Assembly: GCA_963737265.1 (NCBI GenBank)
Contig: CAVTRY010000007.1
Location: forward strand, 160,001-224,000
Reading direction: 5' to 3'
Source: an uncultured delta proteobacterium
Lineage (GTDB): Bacteria; Myxococcota_A; Polyangia; Fen-1088
DNA length: 64,000 nucleotides
This document shows positions 61,801 to 64,000 of the stretch, one piece after another (within the stretch, counting starts at the first letter, position 1; each line of letters begins with the position of its first letter). The notes below the pieces were generated by a model. It searched no databases. It saw only the letters and a list, made by a program, of their open reading frames with translations, and was not told the origin of the DNA. A program made the translations under genes and the position numbers.

Positions 61801-62445
61801 CCGCGCCTCGGGGTCCTGCCCCATTTCGCCGAGACAGAAGCCAAGCAAGTAGTAGGTCGCATCGAGCAGTCGGTAATTGGGGAATGCGACGAGCAGCCGC
61901 CGGTAAAGGTTGACGGTCTGGCTGTAGTCGGCCTTGGGTGCCGGCGTGGTGGGCGGACTGGCTGAATCGAGGGCCTTCTGGTAGGCCTCCTGAGCATTGA
62001 GGAAGTCATCGGAAGACTTCTCGTAATACAGCTCCGCCAGACGGAACATCACGTCCGGCGTCCATTTCTTGTCCGCCGGATACCGGCGCAAGAAGCCCTC
62101 CAGCACCGCGATGGCGTCCATACGCCGCTGCTTCTCCTCGCTCTCGTTGAAGGAGATCATCGGCTCGTACTTTTCGCGAATGCCCTTCATCTTGTCGAGG
62201 TAGGCACGTTTGATGATCCCCGAGGCCGCTTTGCGAAAACCGGTGATTTCCTCGGCGTAGCGGGTGAGATCGGCGGCCATTTCGTCGACCGCCTTGGGAT
62301 CGACCGGACCGACCTTGGCTCGCGCCGGAGCCGCCGCCGCGGGACCGGTCTTTGCCAGCAGACTCGCCAGCGCGAGCAAGCCCCCGAGGCGGCCAAGACG
62401 ACCGAGACAGGAATTCCGACGAGCGCGCCACCCGGCCACGGTCAC
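58825..62445 (-). CDS. GltD/AgmU-like large TPR protein
   Basis: 1206 aa with many TPRs ('FRLAELY', 'YKLAWSYY'); synteny. Confidence 0.78.
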   Translation of the reverse strand: MTVAGWRARRNSCLGRLGRLGGLLALASLLAKTGPAAAAPARAKVGPVDPKAVDEMAADLTRYAEEITGFRKAASGIIKRAYLDKMKGIREKYEPMISFNESEEKQRRMDAIAVLEGFLRRYPADKKWTPDVMFRLAELYYEKSSDDFLNAQEAYQKALDSASPPTTPAPKADYSQTVNLYRRLLVAFPNYRLLDATYYLLGFCLGEMGQDPEARQALLALVCSNQYRPLDPPAPSAPATGLGKGPVIDYYKDCTPIKKDSKFLPEAWTRVGEMHFDAAELSYAISAYGRVLQFKDSSYYDKAIYKLAWSYYRDNRFLDAIREFDGLVKWADSKKAAGDKFGSDLRPEAVQYLGISFSEPDWDGDTLPDPETGLQRAQSFYHGRESEPHVKEVFQRLGDIYFDSTKYAEAIAVYKDILQKWPFFADAPKLQEKIVKAYERDRNLVAAAKERETLGRTYSKGSEWYRQNASNQEALAVAAQLAEDALLTAATNVHAAAQACRSKWQENTSDFKKLDECQQTYRTAAELYEKYLAAYPNSKRAYAFSAFFADALYYGGKVQESIPAYIAVRDSNIDNQYQKDAALQVIKAYEELIDKLKRERRIEDPPIPDETNTKPPVLPVPMHELYTRYMEALDWYIANLPDERVPDLRYASAVLLLKHRQWPEARARLAEISDAYCATNPEIGFKAYDAILTTYFIDFNIENEEAKDCALGRLLQVVEKFGDSPCSKSPLAKPYLARIQDIKASVKTTVIKKRLDIALENEEKGTDKQLVQCREGAGGIAVVTGTATTAQVAGGGKGAGQPRSKTATDLDEGLALDLMDLIAANPKDQDAPSNLNNACVIYEKIFKYGEATRCYERLARDYPDSLLAKDAVWNAARNQYRFFEFEKAVGGYLKVATDPKFAKYEHRKEALGIAAQLLDNDQQYPRAADLYKKYADNIADKPSDSAQAFAFACTAYEKALDTAKQVACLRELIKRYGKQPPAGEYVVKAYLQLAILAEQGRDKRAVLAAYKQVRDEFIARRLPPATPAAAAAAKADYLILEDKFKAFQAKSLRFTSDPKQVRKVFDTFTEEAKQLQEEYAKIWDYKDANWTLASFLRRGDIFYEFAQKLIKAADNPPEEVKKLSKKACKVDPNLCGVAETEYKDAIYQFVTPVEDEAKKQWKATLQRASDLGVTNDYVKKARENLSKYLPDEFPFIKDEHIGVEYP

Positions 62446-64000
62446 TTCTCCTCCTCAAGCAGCGATCGGAAGTCTTCGTCGACGGATTTTAGTTCCAGCT
62501 TCTGCTGGTTGATGAGCTTGGAGACAGTCGTGGTGCGCTCGTCCTTGAGCCCCCACGCCACATCGACGAGCCCGACATCGGACTGCACGACCAGGTCGTA
62601 GAATCGATCCGTGACCTTGGAAAGCATGGCGAATGCCAGGCCGCCACCCAAGCTCTGCGACTCGCTCAAGATGCCGCCAAGCTTGATATTCGCCGCCTCC
62701 AAATCGCCCTTCTCCGCCACGATCTGCTTCTTGAGCTCGCCTAGGCGCCGGCTCGCTGCCGCTTCGATCCTCGCGTCGAGCTCGGCGAGCCGAGCTTGTA
62801 CCGAGTCCGCCCTCTGCAGGAGAGCCGCAACCACGTCGAATTGGCGTAAGTCGCCGCCGGAAAGGTTGGCGCGCGTGGCTTGGAAGACGTCGCGTTCCTT
62901 CTTCATGCTGGCGCCGAGGCTGGCGATGGCACCACGATCCGAGTCGCCAGTCGCCGCCGCCACCGTCGCCTCGCGAGCCGCTTCCGCGATGGTGTTGCGG
63001 ACGCGGTCGTTGGCGGCGCGCAAATCGACTATCGCCTGGCGCATGCCCGAGACCGGCTGGGCGAGCTCCTCGGGCTTGATCTTCTGGTCGGCGCGCGACT
63101 TGATGAAGTACTGCTCGATGGCGACCAGCTCGGCGTCCATGCCCTGCACCACCACGTTTAACTCGGAGGCTTGCGCGTCGAGCTGGTCGAGCGCTGTGTG
63201 CGCGCGTTTCTCCCGATCCTGAAGGGCCGCGGCGGTCAGCGGCAAACCCTCCAGCTCCTTCTCGGCGACCATGCGCTCGACCCCGATCTGCTCCAACTTG
63301 GCCTTGTCGTCGGCGCTCAGATGTTGCGCCGTCAGCGCTCGCATCTTAGCGCCGAAACGTCTGCGCATCTCGACGATCTGATTGAGCACCTCGGACGATC
63401 GTGTGCGCACGGCCGCAAGGTCGGGGAAAATGCCCACCTTGATCTGACCTGCCACCGCCATCTCCAGACGACTGAGCGTCTGTTCCGAGTCCTTGATTCC
63501 GCGCTGCAATTCGCCCACATCTTCGGTCAGGGCCACCACACGCGCAACCTCCGGATCGGCCTTGACCCACGTGATGGCGGCCTTGGGCACGATCACCGAG
63601 ATGTCGAATTTCTCCATGCCCTTGCCGATAAGCGACTCGAAATACTTGGGGTCAGCCTGGCACTTGCCGAGGGTTTCCTTGAGCTGGCTGTGAACCGGAT
63701 CGAATTGCTCTCGCGCTTGGAGAAAGGCGTCGTTTGCCAAGGCAAAGTTGGCCAGACGAACGTGCAAATTCCCCATCAACAAACGCAGCTCGGGCGCCTG
63801 CGGGCTGTCCGGGTTCTGCAGCAACATGAGATCGAGGGCGCGGTAGGCGGCCTTGAAGTCCTTGGCCTTGATCGAGGTCCACGCCAGCTCGTTCATCGCT
63901 TCCTCGAAGTGCAGCGACTGCCGCGCGACGCTGCCGTAGGCTTCGCGGGCCTTGTCGAACTGATCGCGTTCGTAGTACAGGCGACCAATCGCGAGGCGAG
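62442..64000 (-). CDS. TPR/coiled-coil protein of the glt-like cluster (runs off window end)
   Basis: Open frame to the window edge; TPR motifs then coiled coils, 'DVGLVDVAW'. Confidence 0.7.
   Translation of the reverse strand, partial: RLAIGRLYYERDQFDKAREAYGSVARQSLHFEEAMNELAWTSIKAKDFKAAYRALDLMLLQNPDSPQAPELRLLMGNLHVRLANFALANDAFLQAREQFDPVHSQLKETLGKCQADPKYFESLIGKGMEKFDISVIVPKAAITWVKADPEVARVVALTEDVGELQRGIKDSEQTLSRLEMAVAGQIKVGIFPDLAAVRTRSSEVLNQIVEMRRRFGAKMRALTAQHLSADDKAKLEQIGVERMVAEKELEGLPLTAAALQDREKRAHTALDQLDAQASELNVVVQGMDAELVAIEQYFIKSRADQKIKPEELAQPVSGMRQAIVDLRAANDRVRNTIAEAAREATVAAATGDSDRGAIASLGASMKKERDVFQATRANLSGGDLRQFDVVAALLQRADSVQARLAELDARIEAAASRRLGELKKQIVAEKGDLEAANIKLGGILSESQSLGGGLAFAMLSKVTDRFYDLVVQSDVGLVDVAWGLKDERTTTVSKLINQQKLELKSVDEDFRSLLEEEK

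Noticed and set aside
58948-61965. Long antisense ORFs opposite gltD-like and other genes
   Set aside because: Expected shadow frames of high-GC codon usage, with no recognisable motifs

Overview
GC-rich window from what looks like a Myxococcota chromosome, judged from the Glt-type motility genes, Gly/Cys-rich lipoproteins and the futalosine menaquinone pathway. The backbone holds the 3' end of gatB, a PPTase, a DUF2723-like membrane protein, a sigma-54 response regulator, a menaquinone operon (ubiA-like, ahpC, an mqnA-mqnC fusion, mqnE, a degenerate MqnE-like gene, ubiX, menG/ubiE, polyprenyl synthase), rlmN, mdh, an SNF2 helicase, icd, metG, PSP1, holB, pspA, an isolated sctJ plus FliA-type sigma pair, lipid and sugar enzymes, wbpBED-like genes and a gltD-G-like cluster. 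The accessory region (~4.7-19.9 kb) is the most interesting part. It contains a stand-alone A-T-TE NRPS with a Cys-type thioesterase and a ~10 kb decayed xis/int island integrated in tRNA-Lys(CTT). The island's att repeat is the 5' half of the tRNA, and it sits next to a relic of an older element of the same family. Its cargo includes a PlpX/splicease-like radical SAM gene with a lipoprotein-like Tyr-motif precursor. Directly 3' of the tRNA is a 7-unit double-hairpin tandem array, and a diverged, covarying solo copy of the unit lies 20 kb away. Several single-base frameshifts in housekeeping genes (metG, mdh, ubiX) suggest sequencing indels, so frameshift-based pseudogene calls are tentative. 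All family assignments come from motif recognition by eye; no searches were run.
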